DNA from: an uncultured Acidobacteriota bacterium
GTDB taxonomy: Bacteria; Acidobacteriota; Vicinamibacteria; Vicinamibacterales; Fen-181
Length of the DNA: 64,000 bases
Reading direction: 5' to 3'
NCBI GenBank assembly: GCA_963724775.1
Contig: CAVRWB010000005.1
Location: 42,357 to 106,356 of the forward strand
Below the pieces are notes generated by a model. The model did not search any database. It worked only from the letters and a program-made list of their open reading frames with translations, and had not been told where the DNA came from. The translations under genes were made by a program, and so were the position numbers. This document shows, piece after piece, positions 32,222 through 42,952 of this stretch. Numbering within the stretch: the first letter of the stretch is position 1; each line of letters starts with the position of its first letter.

Positions 32222-34822
32222 CTACTCCTCGCGCAGCGCGCGGAGGGGGTTCAGCCGGGACGCGCGCCGCGCGGGCAGGTAGGCCGCGGCCAGGGTGACG
32301 GCGAGCATGACGAGGACGGCTCCCGCGACGGTGGCTCCGTCGAGCGGCGTCATCTCGAACAGCAGGCTCCGCACGTACCGTCCACCGGCCCAGGCCAGCA
32401 GCGCGCCGGCGGCGATGCCGGCGACGGCCACACCGAGCGCTTCGGCGAGCGACGCGCGCAGGACGCGGCCGCCCGCGGCGCCGAGCGCCATGCGGATCCC
32501 GATTTCCCTTGTGCGCCGGCCGAGGGCAAACGACATCGTGCCGTAGAGCCCCACGCACGCCAGCACCAGCGCCACCAGCCCGAAGAGCGTGAACAGCCTG
32601 GCGTACATCGTCTCCGGCCCCAGCGACTCGGCAATCTGTTGCGCCTGCATCTTGACCTGATCGAGAGGCACCCCGGGGACGACCTCGCGCACGATTCGCG
32701 TGATGCCCGCGACGAGTGCCGCCTGGTCGCCGGCCGCGCGGACCTCGAAGAACACGGCCGAGAGCGGGTAGCGATCCTGCGTGTACGGGAGGAACGCGGT
32801 GGGTGGCGCCGGATCGCGCAGGTTTGAGTACCGTGCATCGGCGACGACGCCGACGATCTCGACGCCGTTGCCCTCGCGCGTGCGCCCGAACCAGAAGCGC
32901 CGGCCGATCGGGTTCTGACCCGGGAAGAAGCGCCGCGCGAGCGCCTCGTTCACCACCGCCACCTTCGGGCTGCCCGGCTCATCCCGTTCGTCAACCGCGC
33001 GCCCCAACACCAGCCGCATCCCCATGGTCTGGAAGAAGCCGGGCGCCACCATGTTCCAGTGGATGTTGCGAGCGCGCCGATCGAGGTTCAGCCGCTCGTC
33101 CTCGACCGCGATCGGGCCGTTGCTCACCCAGCCGGTGATCAGCCCGAGGCGCGATGCCGTCACTCCGCGGACGCCAGGCAGCACCGCCACGCGGTCCCGG
33201 ATGTCCCCGTAGGCGGCCAGCAACCGTTCGCCCTTCAGCCCCGCCTTCGTCGCATCCAGCCGGAAGAGCAGCAGGTCTTCAGGGTCGAAGCCGAGCTGTT
33301 GGCGCTCGAGGTTGTGGAGCGTGCGCAGGAACAGGCCGGCGCCGAGGACCAGCGGAAGCGAGAGCGCGACCTGCGCCGCCACCATCGCCTTGCCGCCCAG
33401 CAGGCGGCGGCCCCGGCCCGTGCCGCGCGCCGTCGGGCTGTTCTCCTTCAAATCCGAGCCGAGATCGAGGCGTGTGGCGCTGAGCGCCGGCGCGAGGCCG
33501 AACAGCATCGTGGTGGCGAGCGACACCAGCGCGGTGAAGCCGAGCACCGCGGGGTCCATCCGCACGTCCAGCGCGCTGGCATCGCGCCCCTGCTGGAGCA
33601 GCACGAGCAGCACGCGCCCGCCCCAGAGCGCGAACAGCCCCCCGAGGATGGCGCCCGCGGCCGCGTACACGAAGCTCTCCGCCATCAGTTGCCGCACGAG
33701 CCTGGAACGTGGAGCGCCCAGTGCGAGCCTGACCGCCATCTCGCGACGGCGCGAGGTCGCCCGCGCAAGGAGGAGGGTCGCGACGTTGGCGCACGCGACG
33801 AGCAGCACCAGGCCGACGACGGCCGTCAGGATTGCCAGGGGCGTGGACAACCGCCGGCTCATGGTGTTGAGGCCGCTGGACGCGGAGGTCAGCGCCACCT
33901 GCGGCAGCTTGTCGGCTGGCACGGCGGTTCCCGCTGCCGTCGAGCGAAGGCTCTCGTGGAACAGCCGCTCCAACTCGGTGCGCGCCTGGTCCGCGCTGAC
34001 GCCGGGCTTCAGCCGGACGATGACGGGCAGCCACCAGTAGTCGGCGGCTGCGTACACGACTTCCGGCGCGGCCTTCGACGGGGTGCCCCACGGCGTCAGG
34101 CCGGTCTGCGGCCCCATCTGGATCCAGATGTCGGGCGATCGGCCCACCTCGAGGCCCTCGAATGACGGGGGCGCCACGCCGACGAGGGTCACCGGGACCC
34201 CGTTGAGCACGATGGTGTCGCCGAGCGCGCTCCGGCTGCGAGCGTAGGCGCGATTCCAGAAGCGGTCGCTGATGACGCCCACGCGCGCGGCGTCCGGCCG
34301 CTCGTCTTCATTCACGATTCCGCGCCCGAGGGCCGGCCGCACGCCGAGCAGGGGGAAGCAGCCGGCAGTCACCATGTCGGCGTCCACCAGCATCGGCTCG
34401 CCGCGCACGACCGCCGACGACCGGTCGACCATGCCCAGCGGCACGAAGCCGGCGAGCGTCGAGAGGCGGGCCCGCGACTGCATGTAGGTGAAGGACGGCC
34501 ACGAGACCGACAGGCTGACCGGCCGCCCAGCCGCGTCTCGTCCGGCGCGGCCGCTGTGGCTGTGGTCGAGCGCTGAGGGCCACTGGCCGCCTGGTTCCGC
34601 ATACTGGAACACGAGAAGGTGCGCAGGGTCCTGGACCGGGAGGTCGCGCAGCATGACCGCGTTCACCACGCTGAAGATCGCGGTGTTCGCGCCGATGCCG
34701 ATCGCCAGAGAGAGGATGACGACGGCGGCCAGCGCCGGGTGCCAGCGCACCTGCTGGAGCGCGTAGCGGATGTCCGGCGGAACACGAGAGAGGCCGGGTC
34801 GGCGCCGCATCATCGGTGTCAT
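32222..34822 (-). CDS. ADOP-family (acidobacterial duplicated orphan permease) MacB/FtsX-like permease, paralog 1
   Basis: The 866-aa product starts ...AVVILSLAIGIGANTAIFSVVNAVMLRDLPV, has two FtsX-type 4-TM modules and ends AAYLPARRASRLNPLRALREE. Confidence 0.85.
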   Translation of the reverse strand: MTPMMRRRPGLSRVPPDIRYALQQVRWHPALAAVVILSLAIGIGANTAIFSVVNAVMLRDLPVQDPAHLLVFQYAEPGGQWPSALDHSHSGRAGRDAAGRPVSLSVSWPSFTYMQSRARLSTLAGFVPLGMVDRSSAVVRGEPMLVDADMVTAGCFPLLGVRPALGRGIVNEDERPDAARVGVISDRFWNRAYARSRSALGDTIVLNGVPVTLVGVAPPSFEGLEVGRSPDIWIQMGPQTGLTPWGTPSKAAPEVVYAAADYWWLPVIVRLKPGVSADQARTELERLFHESLRSTAAGTAVPADKLPQVALTSASSGLNTMSRRLSTPLAILTAVVGLVLLVACANVATLLLARATSRRREMAVRLALGAPRSRLVRQLMAESFVYAAAGAILGGLFALWGGRVLLVLLQQGRDASALDVRMDPAVLGFTALVSLATTMLFGLAPALSATRLDLGSDLKENSPTARGTGRGRRLLGGKAMVAAQVALSLPLVLGAGLFLRTLHNLERQQLGFDPEDLLLFRLDATKAGLKGERLLAAYGDIRDRVAVLPGVRGVTASRLGLITGWVSNGPIAVEDERLNLDRRARNIHWNMVAPGFFQTMGMRLVLGRAVDERDEPGSPKVAVVNEALARRFFPGQNPIGRRFWFGRTREGNGVEIVGVVADARYSNLRDPAPPTAFLPYTQDRYPLSAVFFEVRAAGDQAALVAGITRIVREVVPGVPLDQVKMQAQQIAESLGPETMYARLFTLFGLVALVLACVGLYGTMSFALGRRTREIGIRMALGAAGGRVLRASLAEALGVAVAGIAAGALLAWAGGRYVRSLLFEMTPLDGATVAGAVLVMLAVTLAAAYLPARRASRLNPLRALREE

Positions 34823-34948
34823 CCTCCGGGAGAGGTCGAGGTGTTAGACGACGTCCGGGTGAAACGGGTTTGCCGGGCTCGCTTGCCTGCACCGTTCCTC
34901 TTGCCGGAGAATTCTACTCAGGCGCTTCATCTGGTTGAAGGAGTAGTC

Positions 34949-36940
34949 ATGAACGGAATGCGACGTCGGCTGATCGGCCCGCTGATTCTGGCGGCAATCG
35001 CGCTTGCGGCGGGAGCCGTGGCCCAGGATCGGCCCGTTGCGCCGCTGGAGTTCGACGTGCGCGCGCACTACACGAAGTACGAGGCGCGGATCCCGATGCG
35101 TGACGGCAAGCGGCTGTTCACGTCGATCTACGTTCCCAAGGACACGTCGCACTCGTACCCGTTCCTGATGACCCGCACGCCGTACACGGTGGCGCCCTAC
35201 GGCCCCGACAACTACCGACCGCGGCTGGGCCCGTCGGTCACCTTCGACCGCGCCGGCTACATCTTCGTGTTCCAGGATGTGCGCGGCCGGTACATGTCCG
35301 AGGGGGCGTTCGTGGAAATGCGCCCGCACATCGACCATCCGCAGGGAACCCAGGACGTCGACGAGAGCACCGACACGTACGACACGGTCGAGTGGCTGCT
35401 GAAGAACGTGCCGAACAACAACGGCAAGGTCGGCATCTGGGGGATCTCGTACCCGGGGTTCTTCACGTCGGCGAGCATCATCGACTCGCACCCCGCGATC
35501 AAGGCCGCGTCGCCGGAGGCGCCGATGACCGACCTGTTCGTCACCGACGATGGCTACCATGGCGGCGCGTTCCAGGTGGCCGCGAACTTCGGCTTCTACA
35601 CGTCGTTTCGCCCGCGCGACCCGGTGCCGTGCAGCATGCCTCCCTGCAAGAGTTCGGGAGGCGAACCGTTCATGCCGTCGCGGAACGCCTTCACGCCGTT
35701 CGACTACGGGACGACCGACGGGTACCGGTTCTTCCTGGAGCACGCGGTGCCGCTGTCGAAGCTGGAGGCGCTGTTCAAGGAACCGAACTGGCTGTATCTC
35801 GACCAGGCGCACCACTCGACGTACGACGCGTACTGGCAGGCCCGCGACCTGTCGCGTCACATGCACGGCGTGAAGTGCGCGGTGCTCACCGTGGGCGGGT
35901 GGTACGACGCCGAGGACCTCAGCGGGCCGTTCAAGACCTACCGCGCGATCGAGCAGCAGAGCCCCGGCATCTTCAACGCGCTCGTCGTCGGGCCGTGGGT
36001 GCACGGCGGGTGGGCGCGCTGGGAAGGCGCAAGCCTGGGCCGCGTGCAGTTTGGATCGAAGACAGGGGAGTTCTGGCGCGAGCAGATCATCTTCCCGTTC
36101 TTCGAGCAGCACCTGAAGGGCAGCGGCGATGCCAGGCTGCCGGAAGCCTACATGTTCGAGACGGGGACCAACGTGTGGCGCCAATTCGCGGAGTGGCCGC
36201 CCAAGGACGCCCGGCAGAAGGAGCTTTACTTCCACGCGGACGGAAAGCTCTCGTTCGAGCCACCGGCCGAGCCGCAGGGAGCGTTCGATGAGTACGTGAG
36301 CGACCCGGCCCACCCGGTGCCGTTCATCCCGTACACGGACGTGGGCCGGACCGAGCAGGAGTACATGGTGGCCGATCAGCGGTATTACACCCGGCGTCCG
36401 GACGTCCTCGTGTATCAGACCGATCCACTGGAAGAAGACGTGACGGTGGCGGGGCCGATCTCGCCCAGGCTGCACGTCTCGACGACGGGCACCGACTCGG
36501 ATTTCGTGGTGAAGCTGATCGACGTGTACCCGTACGACTACCCGGACCCCGAGGTGGCGGCCAACGCACCGCGCCCGGCGGATGTTCCGCTGCCGGCCGA
36601 GCGGATGGCCGGCTACCAGCAACTGGTGCGGGGCGAGCCGATGCGGGCGAAGTTCCGCAACAGCTGGGAGAAGCCGGAACCGATGACGCCCGGGAAGGTC
36701 GAAGCGGTGAACTTCGACATGCCCGACGTGCTGCACACCTTCCGGCGCGGGCACCGGATCATGGTACAGGTGCACAGCTCGTGGTTCCCGGTCGGGGACC
36801 TCAACCCGCAGACGTTCGTCGATATCCCGAACGCGAAGGCATCGGACTTCAAGAAGGCGACCGAGCGCGTCTACCACGACAAGGCGGATCCATCGGGCGT
36901 CGTGCTGGGGATTCTGCCCAGCCAGGTCGGGAGCCGGTGA
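34949..36940 (+). CDS. CocE/NonD family hydrolase (S15 X-Pro dipeptidyl-peptidase-like), secreted
   Basis: ATG 34949 follows GAAGGAG and is followed by a signal peptide. Supporting motifs are FLMTRTPY, VFQDVRGRYMSEG and GIWGISYPGF (GxSYxG). Confidence 0.85.
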   Translation: MNGMRRRLIGPLILAAIALAAGAVAQDRPVAPLEFDVRAHYTKYEARIPMRDGKRLFTSIYVPKDTSHSYPFLMTRTPYTVAPYGPDNYRPRLGPSVTFDRAGYIFVFQDVRGRYMSEGAFVEMRPHIDHPQGTQDVDESTDTYDTVEWLLKNVPNNNGKVGIWGISYPGFFTSASIIDSHPAIKAASPEAPMTDLFVTDDGYHGGAFQVAANFGFYTSFRPRDPVPCSMPPCKSSGGEPFMPSRNAFTPFDYGTTDGYRFFLEHAVPLSKLEALFKEPNWLYLDQAHHSTYDAYWQARDLSRHMHGVKCAVLTVGGWYDAEDLSGPFKTYRAIEQQSPGIFNALVVGPWVHGGWARWEGASLGRVQFGSKTGEFWREQIIFPFFEQHLKGSGDARLPEAYMFETGTNVWRQFAEWPPKDARQKELYFHADGKLSFEPPAEPQGAFDEYVSDPAHPVPFIPYTDVGRTEQEYMVADQRYYTRRPDVLVYQTDPLEEDVTVAGPISPRLHVSTTGTDSDFVVKLIDVYPYDYPDPEVAANAPRPADVPLPAERMAGYQQLVRGEPMRAKFRNSWEKPEPMTPGKVEAVNFDMPDVLHTFRRGHRIMVQVHSSWFPVGDLNPQTFVDIPNAKASDFKKATERVYHDKADPSGVVLGILPSQVGSR

Positions 36941-36971
36941 AGCGGAAACGGCGAGATGCCGTTCCGCTCCC

Positions 36972-37559
36972 TTGCCGTTCCGAACGGAGCGTCGCGTGAT
37001 TGATGCCGGGTACTTCGCCAAGCGGGTCGTCGTGAGGCCCGAGTGGCTGCCCGCGTCCGGAGTGAGGGAAGTGTGCAGCGTGAGCAACTGCGTGTCGAAA
37101 CCACCCGAGGATTGGATCGGGCACTGGCTTCACAACGAACTCGGCTGGTTCGATCGAATCGCCGATGCGCGAGCCGTCGTTCCGGCAGGCCAAACAGCCG
37201 CTCACCGGCTGTTTGCCTACCGCATTCATCCCGAGTTCTTCCGAAAGGGAACGCCGCAGCCGCTGGTGTTGTCCGACGGCGTGCATCCCGATCCGATTCC
37301 GGCGACGTTCCGTGCGCTGGGCTTCGATTGCGTCAGCAAATCGATCGAATCGTCCCTCGGCTTCGACTGCTCGCCGCTGTCGTGCAACTCCATGGCGGTC
37401 GAGATTCCCGCCAACGAATACTGCCTCTTCGACTCGCTGGACGGCGCGGTGGACGGTGCGCGGCGGTTCTCGATCGAGCAGCCGGAGCCCGGTGACTACT
37501 ATGTCGTGCAGGTGCTCGAGGGGCCGTGGGAGCAGGCCGCTGAAAGGCCGGCCTGCTAG
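36972..37559 (+). CDS. Hypothetical protein
   Basis: The 195-aa ORF has coding-like third-position bias. I do not recognise a family, and an alternative GTG start lies near 36996. Confidence 0.45.
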   Translation: MPFRTERRVIDAGYFAKRVVVRPEWLPASGVREVCSVSNCVSKPPEDWIGHWLHNELGWFDRIADARAVVPAGQTAAHRLFAYRIHPEFFRKGTPQPLVLSDGVHPDPIPATFRALGFDCVSKSIESSLGFDCSPLSCNSMAVEIPANEYCLFDSLDGAVDGARRFSIEQPEPGDYYVVQVLEGPWEQAAERPAC

Positions 37560-39157
37560 TCCGGCCCCTGGCCCGTCAGCTCCCATCGGATGAGCGACAT
37601 CGGGATGAGCCCCGCACCCTCGAGTTCGTCCATGAAGCCACGGAGCGTAAAGGCCACGCCCCGCTGGCCCCGCCGCTCCGCCAGCAAGGCCTCGATCTGC
37701 ATCTTCCCGGCGAGATAGCTCGTTCCGTAGGCGGGCTGCTGCAGGTACAGGTGCTGCTCGCCGCGCACGGTGGCGCCGTCGAGCCGCAGCCAACCGCGCG
37801 GCGTGTGGGCGGACGCGAACTCCGCCGCCTGCTCGAGCGTGACCTGGTTGGCGTGCATGCGCAGGTCGCCGAGCCCCCGGGCGGCACGCTGCGCCAGCAG
37901 CACGTACACCAGCTCCCGAGATCGGGGTCGCGCGTCGAACATCCCCGCCTGCAGCATCATCTCCTCCCAGCCCGTGGCGAGGCCCTCGGTCCGGCTGTCG
38001 AAGATGTTGTAGAGGAGCGGCGTGCGTCGGATCGGGCTGGGGTGAGGAAGGCTTGCCATGCGGGCCAGGTCGAACCAGTGGAAGCCGTGCGTACGCATCA
38101 CGAGCGGCTCGCGGTAGTCCACCTCGGAGAAGAACTCGCGGGGGCCCGGCCGGTAGCGGCCGATGCGGGCCCGCAGGGCAGGATCCATGTAGTCCCGCAA
38201 GGTCAGCAGGTCGTTCTTCGCGATGAACTGCACGTACTCGCTGACGGCCGCGCCGAACCGGCGGTCGTACTCCTCGGCGCTCGCGATGGGCGCCTGCTGC
38301 GGGAGGCTGCGGTTTCGCTGCTCCTCGAGCGCGAGGAAGGTCTGCGCCCGACCGAGCTCGCGCTCCATCAGGAGTACTTCGTCGTGCCACGTGTACGGCA
38401 TCAAGTGCACGTGTTCGAGGTACCAGTCGTAGTTCTCGATGCCGACACCCGACGGTCCTGTCTTCGAGGGGAGGCGCGCGTCGATCCACCGGGCGAAGTC
38501 GTCGGTCGCCTGCTTCGCTCTCAGCGCGGCAGCCTCGAGGGCCGCGTGCTCGCCCACCCGCCCTGCCAGGGACTGGAGGTCCGCCGCCTGCTCGCGGACG
38601 GCCGCCGCGCCCTGCACCCAGAGGTCGCGGCCGTTGCCAACCAGGTTGGCCTTCGCCCGTTCCAGCAGCCCCGGGATGATTCGGAGGCCGGCCGTCACCT
38701 TCTTCGCGTCAGTCGCGGACAGCGGGAACGTGTAGCTCCACAGCTCGATGGCGCCCCAGGACAAGGGGCCCTCGCGTGCCGGCTGGTCGCTCTGCGACGG
38801 GAACACCGTGACGTAGAAGGCGGGGTTGTTGGCCCACGGTTGCAGGATGCGGTGGTCGAAGTCCAGGCCGTTCATCTCGGCGCGGACGAGGTGCCAGTCC
38901 ACTTGCTGCGAGACGGGCCACCCGCGCGTGTCGATGGCTGACAGGCGCTTCTGCCACGCGGGCAGCTCGCGATGCTGCCGCGCCATCGCGGACGCCCCGT
39001 AGTCGGGGATGCCGTCGAGGAGCGGCGGTCGCTGGAACGTCCGCCACTCCTCGAACAGTCGTGTCAGCTCCTCGTACCCGCCGGCCCCCGCCGACAGGCC
39101 AAGGCCTCCACCAACGGCGGCCAGCGCGATCAACGCGAAGAAACCTCGACGCATCAT
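37556..39157 (-). CDS. DUF885 family protein (secreted metallopeptidase-like)
   Basis: MMRRGFFALIALAAVGG... The 533-aa product has AAGGAG 8 nt upstream of the start and sequence typical of DUF885. Its stop overlaps the convergent gene stop by 4 nt. Confidence 0.7.
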   Translation of the reverse strand: MMRRGFFALIALAAVGGGLGLSAGAGGYEELTRLFEEWRTFQRPPLLDGIPDYGASAMARQHRELPAWQKRLSAIDTRGWPVSQQVDWHLVRAEMNGLDFDHRILQPWANNPAFYVTVFPSQSDQPAREGPLSWGAIELWSYTFPLSATDAKKVTAGLRIIPGLLERAKANLVGNGRDLWVQGAAAVREQAADLQSLAGRVGEHAALEAAALRAKQATDDFARWIDARLPSKTGPSGVGIENYDWYLEHVHLMPYTWHDEVLLMERELGRAQTFLALEEQRNRSLPQQAPIASAEEYDRRFGAAVSEYVQFIAKNDLLTLRDYMDPALRARIGRYRPGPREFFSEVDYREPLVMRTHGFHWFDLARMASLPHPSPIRRTPLLYNIFDSRTEGLATGWEEMMLQAGMFDARPRSRELVYVLLAQRAARGLGDLRMHANQVTLEQAAEFASAHTPRGWLRLDGATVRGEQHLYLQQPAYGTSYLAGKMQIEALLAERRGQRGVAFTLRGFMDELEGAGLIPMSLIRWELTGQGPD

Positions 39158-39256
39158 CGTTTCCGCTCCTTCGACGCCGCCGGACGCGGCGATTGGGCTT
39201 TTCGTCGCCGGGGGCGCACGCAGGCTCGACTATACTTCCGCGAACAGGGGGAACCC

Positions 39257-39835
39257 ATGCGGATGTTGCAAGCGGTCGTGATCGCGGCGGCGGTGCTCGC
39301 CTTCCTGCCCGTGAAGGCTCACGCGCAAGGATACGTCAGCTTCTTCGGCGGCTACTCCTACGGGGGCGCCGCCGGCGAGTGCCCGTCGCTCTGGCATGAG
39401 TGCCCCAATCGCCCGACCGGCTACGGCCTGGCGTTCGGCGGCGTGGGGAAGGTGTTCGGGTTCGAGCAGGAGTTCGGCTGGACGTCGGACTTCTTCGGCA
39501 AGGGCGGCGACCTCGAAAGCAGCAAGGTCACCACGCTGATGACCAACATCCTCGTCGGCCTGCCGCTGAAAGCCTTCCACCCCTACGGCTCGGTCGGCAT
39601 CGGGGCGATGAAGGCGAGCATGGAGTTCACCCCCTCCAACCTCTCGAACTTCAGCGACACGTCGTGGGGCTACTCCTACGGCGCGGGCCTGATCGTGATG
39701 CTCCCCGCGCATCTCGGCGTCCGGCTCGACTATCGCTGGTTCCACTCGTCGGCGGAGATCCCGTACGTGGCGCTCGCGCCTCGCAACAACTCCTTCGAGT
39801 TCTCCCGCGTCACCTTCGGTCTCGTGCTCCACTGA
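39257..39835 (+). CDS. Outer-membrane beta-barrel protein (OmpW/porin-like small barrel)
   Basis: A signal peptide (MRMLQAVVIAAAVLAFLPVKAHAQ) is followed by alternating aromatic/Gly strands, and the protein ends in a terminal F-x-L-V-L-H. Confidence 0.65.
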   Translation: MRMLQAVVIAAAVLAFLPVKAHAQGYVSFFGGYSYGGAAGECPSLWHECPNRPTGYGLAFGGVGKVFGFEQEFGWTSDFFGKGGDLESSKVTTLMTNILVGLPLKAFHPYGSVGIGAMKASMEFTPSNLSNFSDTSWGYSYGAGLIVMLPAHLGVRLDYRWFHSSAEIPYVALAPRNNSFEFSRVTFGLVLH

Positions 39836-39858
39836 CGCCCAACCGCAACCCTCTTCAC

Positions 39859-39888
39859 TTGACAGCCCAGTGAACTTCCCCCGATACT
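39859..39888 (+). promoter_or_regulatory. Sigma70-like promoter upstream of the PadR-ADOP pair, embedded in a 75-nt imperfect palindrome
   Basis: TTGACA (39859..39864), an 18-nt spacer, then GATACT (39883..39888). The outer palindrome arms are CCTCTTCACTTGACA (39850..39864) and TGACAAGTGAAGAGG (39910..39924). Confidence 0.4.
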
Positions 39889-39932
39889 GGCAGCAGAGGT
39901 TCACTCGAATGACAAGTGAAGAGGACGGCCGG

Positions 39933-40256
39933 ATGACCGTGCTCCAGGGGACCCTCGATCTCATCGTCCTGCGGACGCTCCAGGCGATGGGGCCGCAGCA
40001 TGCCTACGCCATCGCCACCCGCATCCAGCAGGTCTCCCGCGACCTGCTGCAGCTCAACCAGGGGACCTTGTACCCCGCCCTCGTCCGGCTCGAGCAGCAG
40101 GGGCGGATCAAGGGGACGTGGGGCCGGACCGGGAACAACCGCGAGGCCAAGTTCTACGCGATCACGAAGGCCGGCGCGAAGGCCCTGGCGGAAGAGACGG
40201 CGCGCTGGCGCCGGATGACCGGGCTCGTGGACCGCCTGCTGACGGGGGAGGCGTAA
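39933..40256 (+). CDS. PadR family transcriptional regulator
   Basis: MTVLQGTLDLIVLRTLQAMGPQHAYAIATRIQQVSRDLLQLNQGTLYPALVRLEQQGRIKGTWGRTGNNREAKFYAITKAG. GAAGAGGA lies 7 nt upstream, and alternative starts are at 39909 and 39870. Confidence 0.85.
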   Translation: MTVLQGTLDLIVLRTLQAMGPQHAYAIATRIQQVSRDLLQLNQGTLYPALVRLEQQGRIKGTWGRTGNNREAKFYAITKAGAKALAEETARWRRMTGLVDRLLTGEA

Positions 40257-40259
40257 CGC

Positions 40260-42896
40260 ATGCGCCGGTTCGTCGCCAGGCTGGTGAACCTGCTGCGGCC
40301 GGGCCGCGCCGAACGCGAGATGGCCCGCGAGATGGCCTGTCATCTCGCGCTGCTCCAGGAGGAGCTCGAGCGTCGCGGGCTCGCGCCGGAAGACGCGAGG
40401 CGCGCGGCGTGGCGCGAGTACGGCGGCGTGGACCAGGCGCGCGAACTCCACCGCGACGAGCGCTCGTTCGTGTGGGTGGAGCAGCGCCTCAAGGACTTCC
40501 GGTACGGAGCCCGAAGCCTGGCCCGCACGCCTGCCTTCACCATCGTCGCCATCGTGACGCTGGCGCTCGGGATTGGCGCCACCAGCTCTGTATTCAGCGT
40601 GGTGAATGCCGTTCTGCTCCGCCCGCTGCCGTACGCCGATCCGGACCGGCTCGTCACGCTGCTCCATCGCGGCACGGCGCCGGTCGCGTGCGCCAACTAC
40701 GTTGACTGGAGCGCGTCGAGCCGGTCGTTCGAGGCGATGTCAGCGGCCGAGTACTGGACCCCGAACCTGACGCGCGACGATCCGCCTGAACACCTCGTGG
40801 GCCTCAAGCTCACGGGAAACCTCCTGCCCATGCTCGGCGTCCGGCCGCTGCTCGGGCGGTTCTTCGGCCAGGCGGACGACCGCCAGGGCGCTCCTCGGGA
40901 AGTGGTCCTCAGCCACCGACTCTGGGAGCGTCGCTTCGGCAGCGACCCGCGAATCCTCGGCCGGCGGCTGACGCTCGACGGCGAGCCGTACACGGTCGTG
41001 GGCGTGATGCCGGCCGCGTTCACGTTCGCGCCCTTCTGGGCGACACGCGCCGAGTTGTGGGTGCCCCAGTCGTTCGGAGTCCGCGTTCACGATCGCGGCG
41101 GGAACAGCCTTCGCGTGTTCGCGCGTCTGAAGCCGGGCGTCACGCTGGCCCAGGCCCGCGCCGAGATGCGGGCGATCACGGCGCGGCTCGAGGCCCAGTA
41201 CCCGGGGACCAACCGCGATGTCGTGGTCAGGCCGCTCAGGGAGAACGTGGTTGGCAAGGTGGAGCGGCCGCTGCTGCTGTTGCTGGGCGCCGTCGGGTTC
41301 GTGCTCCTGATCGCATGCGCGAACGTGACGCACATGCTGCTCGCCCGCACCGCCGAACGCCAGAGGGAGATTGCCGTCCGAACGGCGCTCGGCGCCGGCG
41401 GCGCGCGGGTGATCGGGCAGTTCCTGGTCGAGAACCTCCTGCTCGCGTCCATCGGCACCGCCGCGGGCCTGGTGCTCGCCACGTGGGGCACGAGCGCGCT
41501 GGCCGCCCTCGGCCCGGCGTCGCTTCTCGCGACCGGGCGGGTCGCGGTCGATGGCCGAGTCGTCCTGGTCTCGATCGGGGTCACGGCCGTCATGGCCGTC
41601 GTCTTCGGCCTGGTTCCCGCCTTGTACGCGGCCATCGGCAACCTTGGCGCGGCGCTCAAGGAGGGAGGCCGGGGAAGCAGCGAGGGGACGCCGCGGCACC
41701 GGCTGCGGGCCTTCCTCGTCGCGTCGGAGTTCGCGCTCGCGTTCATGCTGTTGGTCGCCGCCGGACTGACCATTCGCAGCTTCACGGCCCTGCGGTCGCT
41801 CGACCCCGGGTTCGACGCACAGCGCGTGCTCTCGGTCGTGGTGTCGATAGCCGGCGCGCCGGAGGCCGGACCGGGACGGCGTCTGCCGTTCTACCGGCAG
41901 CTCCTCGACGGGGTCCGTGCCCTGCCCGGCGTGGAGTCGGTCGGCGCGATCAACCACCTGCCGCTTGCCGGCGATCTCTGGACTCGCTCCGTCGCCATTG
42001 AAGGCCGGCCCCCCGCGCGCCCGGGCGAGGAGTTGGGGGTGGTGTACCGCGTCGTCATGCCGGGCTACTTCCAGGCGATGCGGCTGCCGGTGACGCGCGG
42101 CCGCGCCATCAGCGCCGCGGACGACACGGCCGCGCCGGTGGTGGCGATCATCAACGAGCGCGCGGCGCAGGAGTATTTCCCCAACGAGAACCCGATCGGG
42201 AGGCGGATCGTGGTGGGCGACGACGCCACGTGGCGAACGATCGTCGGCGTGGCGAGGAACGCGAAGCAGTCGGACTGGGCGGCGGAGCCGAGTCCCGAGG
42301 TGTACCTGTCGGCGTTCCAGGAACTTGCTCATCTGCGCGAGTCGCACCCGCGGTGGGACTACATCACGCTCGTCATCCGGACAGCGGGCAATCCCGCGGA
42401 CCTTGCGCCGGCCGTGAAGCGCACGGTGTGGTCGCTCGACAGGAACCTTCCCGTCTCCGAGGTCCTGACGCTGGACGCGGTCGTGTCCACGGCGACGGCG
42501 CAGCCCCGTTTCGAGATGCTGCTGCTGGCGGTCTTCGCCGCGGTGGCGCTGGTCCTCGCGGCCGTCGGGATCTACGGCGTGATGAACTACGCCGTCGCGC
42601 GCCGGACGCACGAAATTGGCATTCGCATGTCACTCGGAGCCACGAGACTCCAGGTGCTTCGGATGGTCGTGCACCAGGGGATGCTGCAGGCGCTGGCGGG
42701 AAGCGCCGCCGGCGCGATCGGCGCCGTCCTGCTCTCCGACCTGATGACGCGGCTGCTGTTTGGTGTCCAGCCGACCGATCCGCTCACCTTCGCGGCGGTG
42801 GCTGTGGTGCTCGGGCTCACCGCCCTCGTCGCGAGCGGCGTCCCCGCAACGAAGGCCACGCGAATCGAGCCGATGTCGGCGCTGCGCAACGAGTAG
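40260..42896 (+). CDS. ADOP-family MacB/FtsX-like permease, paralog 2 (PadR-linked)
   Basis: The 878-aa product starts 4 nt after the PadR stop. It contains ...[36 protein letters not shown] and ends ...[16 protein letters not shown]. Confidence 0.9.
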   Translation: MRRFVARLVNLLRPGRAEREMAREMACHLALLQEELERRGLAPEDARRAAWREYGGVDQARELHRDERSFVWVEQRLKDFRYGARSLARTPAFTIVAIVTLALGIGATSSVFSVVNAVLLRPLPYADPDRLVTLLHRGTAPVACANYVDWSASSRSFEAMSAAEYWTPNLTRDDPPEHLVGLKLTGNLLPMLGVRPLLGRFFGQADDRQGAPREVVLSHRLWERRFGSDPRILGRRLTLDGEPYTVVGVMPAAFTFAPFWATRAELWVPQSFGVRVHDRGGNSLRVFARLKPGVTLAQARAEMRAITARLEAQYPGTNRDVVVRPLRENVVGKVERPLLLLLGAVGFVLLIACANVTHMLLARTAERQREIAVRTALGAGGARVIGQFLVENLLLASIGTAAGLVLATWGTSALAALGPASLLATGRVAVDGRVVLVSIGVTAVMAVVFGLVPALYAAIGNLGAALKEGGRGSSEGTPRHRLRAFLVASEFALAFMLLVAAGLTIRSFTALRSLDPGFDAQRVLSVVVSIAGAPEAGPGRRLPFYRQLLDGVRALPGVESVGAINHLPLAGDLWTRSVAIEGRPPARPGEELGVVYRVVMPGYFQAMRLPVTRGRAISAADDTAAPVVAIINERAAQEYFPNENPIGRRIVVGDDATWRTIVGVARNAKQSDWAAEPSPEVYLSAFQELAHLRESHPRWDYITLVIRTAGNPADLAPAVKRTVWSLDRNLPVSEVLTLDAVVSTATAQPRFEMLLLAVFAAVALVLAAVGIYGVMNYAVARRTHEIGIRMSLGATRLQVLRMVVHQGMLQALAGSAAGAIGAVLLSDLMTRLLFGVQPTDPLTFAAVAVVLGLTALVASGVPATKATRIEPMSALRNE

Positions 42897-42952
42897 CGGG
42901 GCGGGCGCGCCGAAGCCCTCTCGCTTGTCTGGACGCTCAAGAAGGTGCTGCC

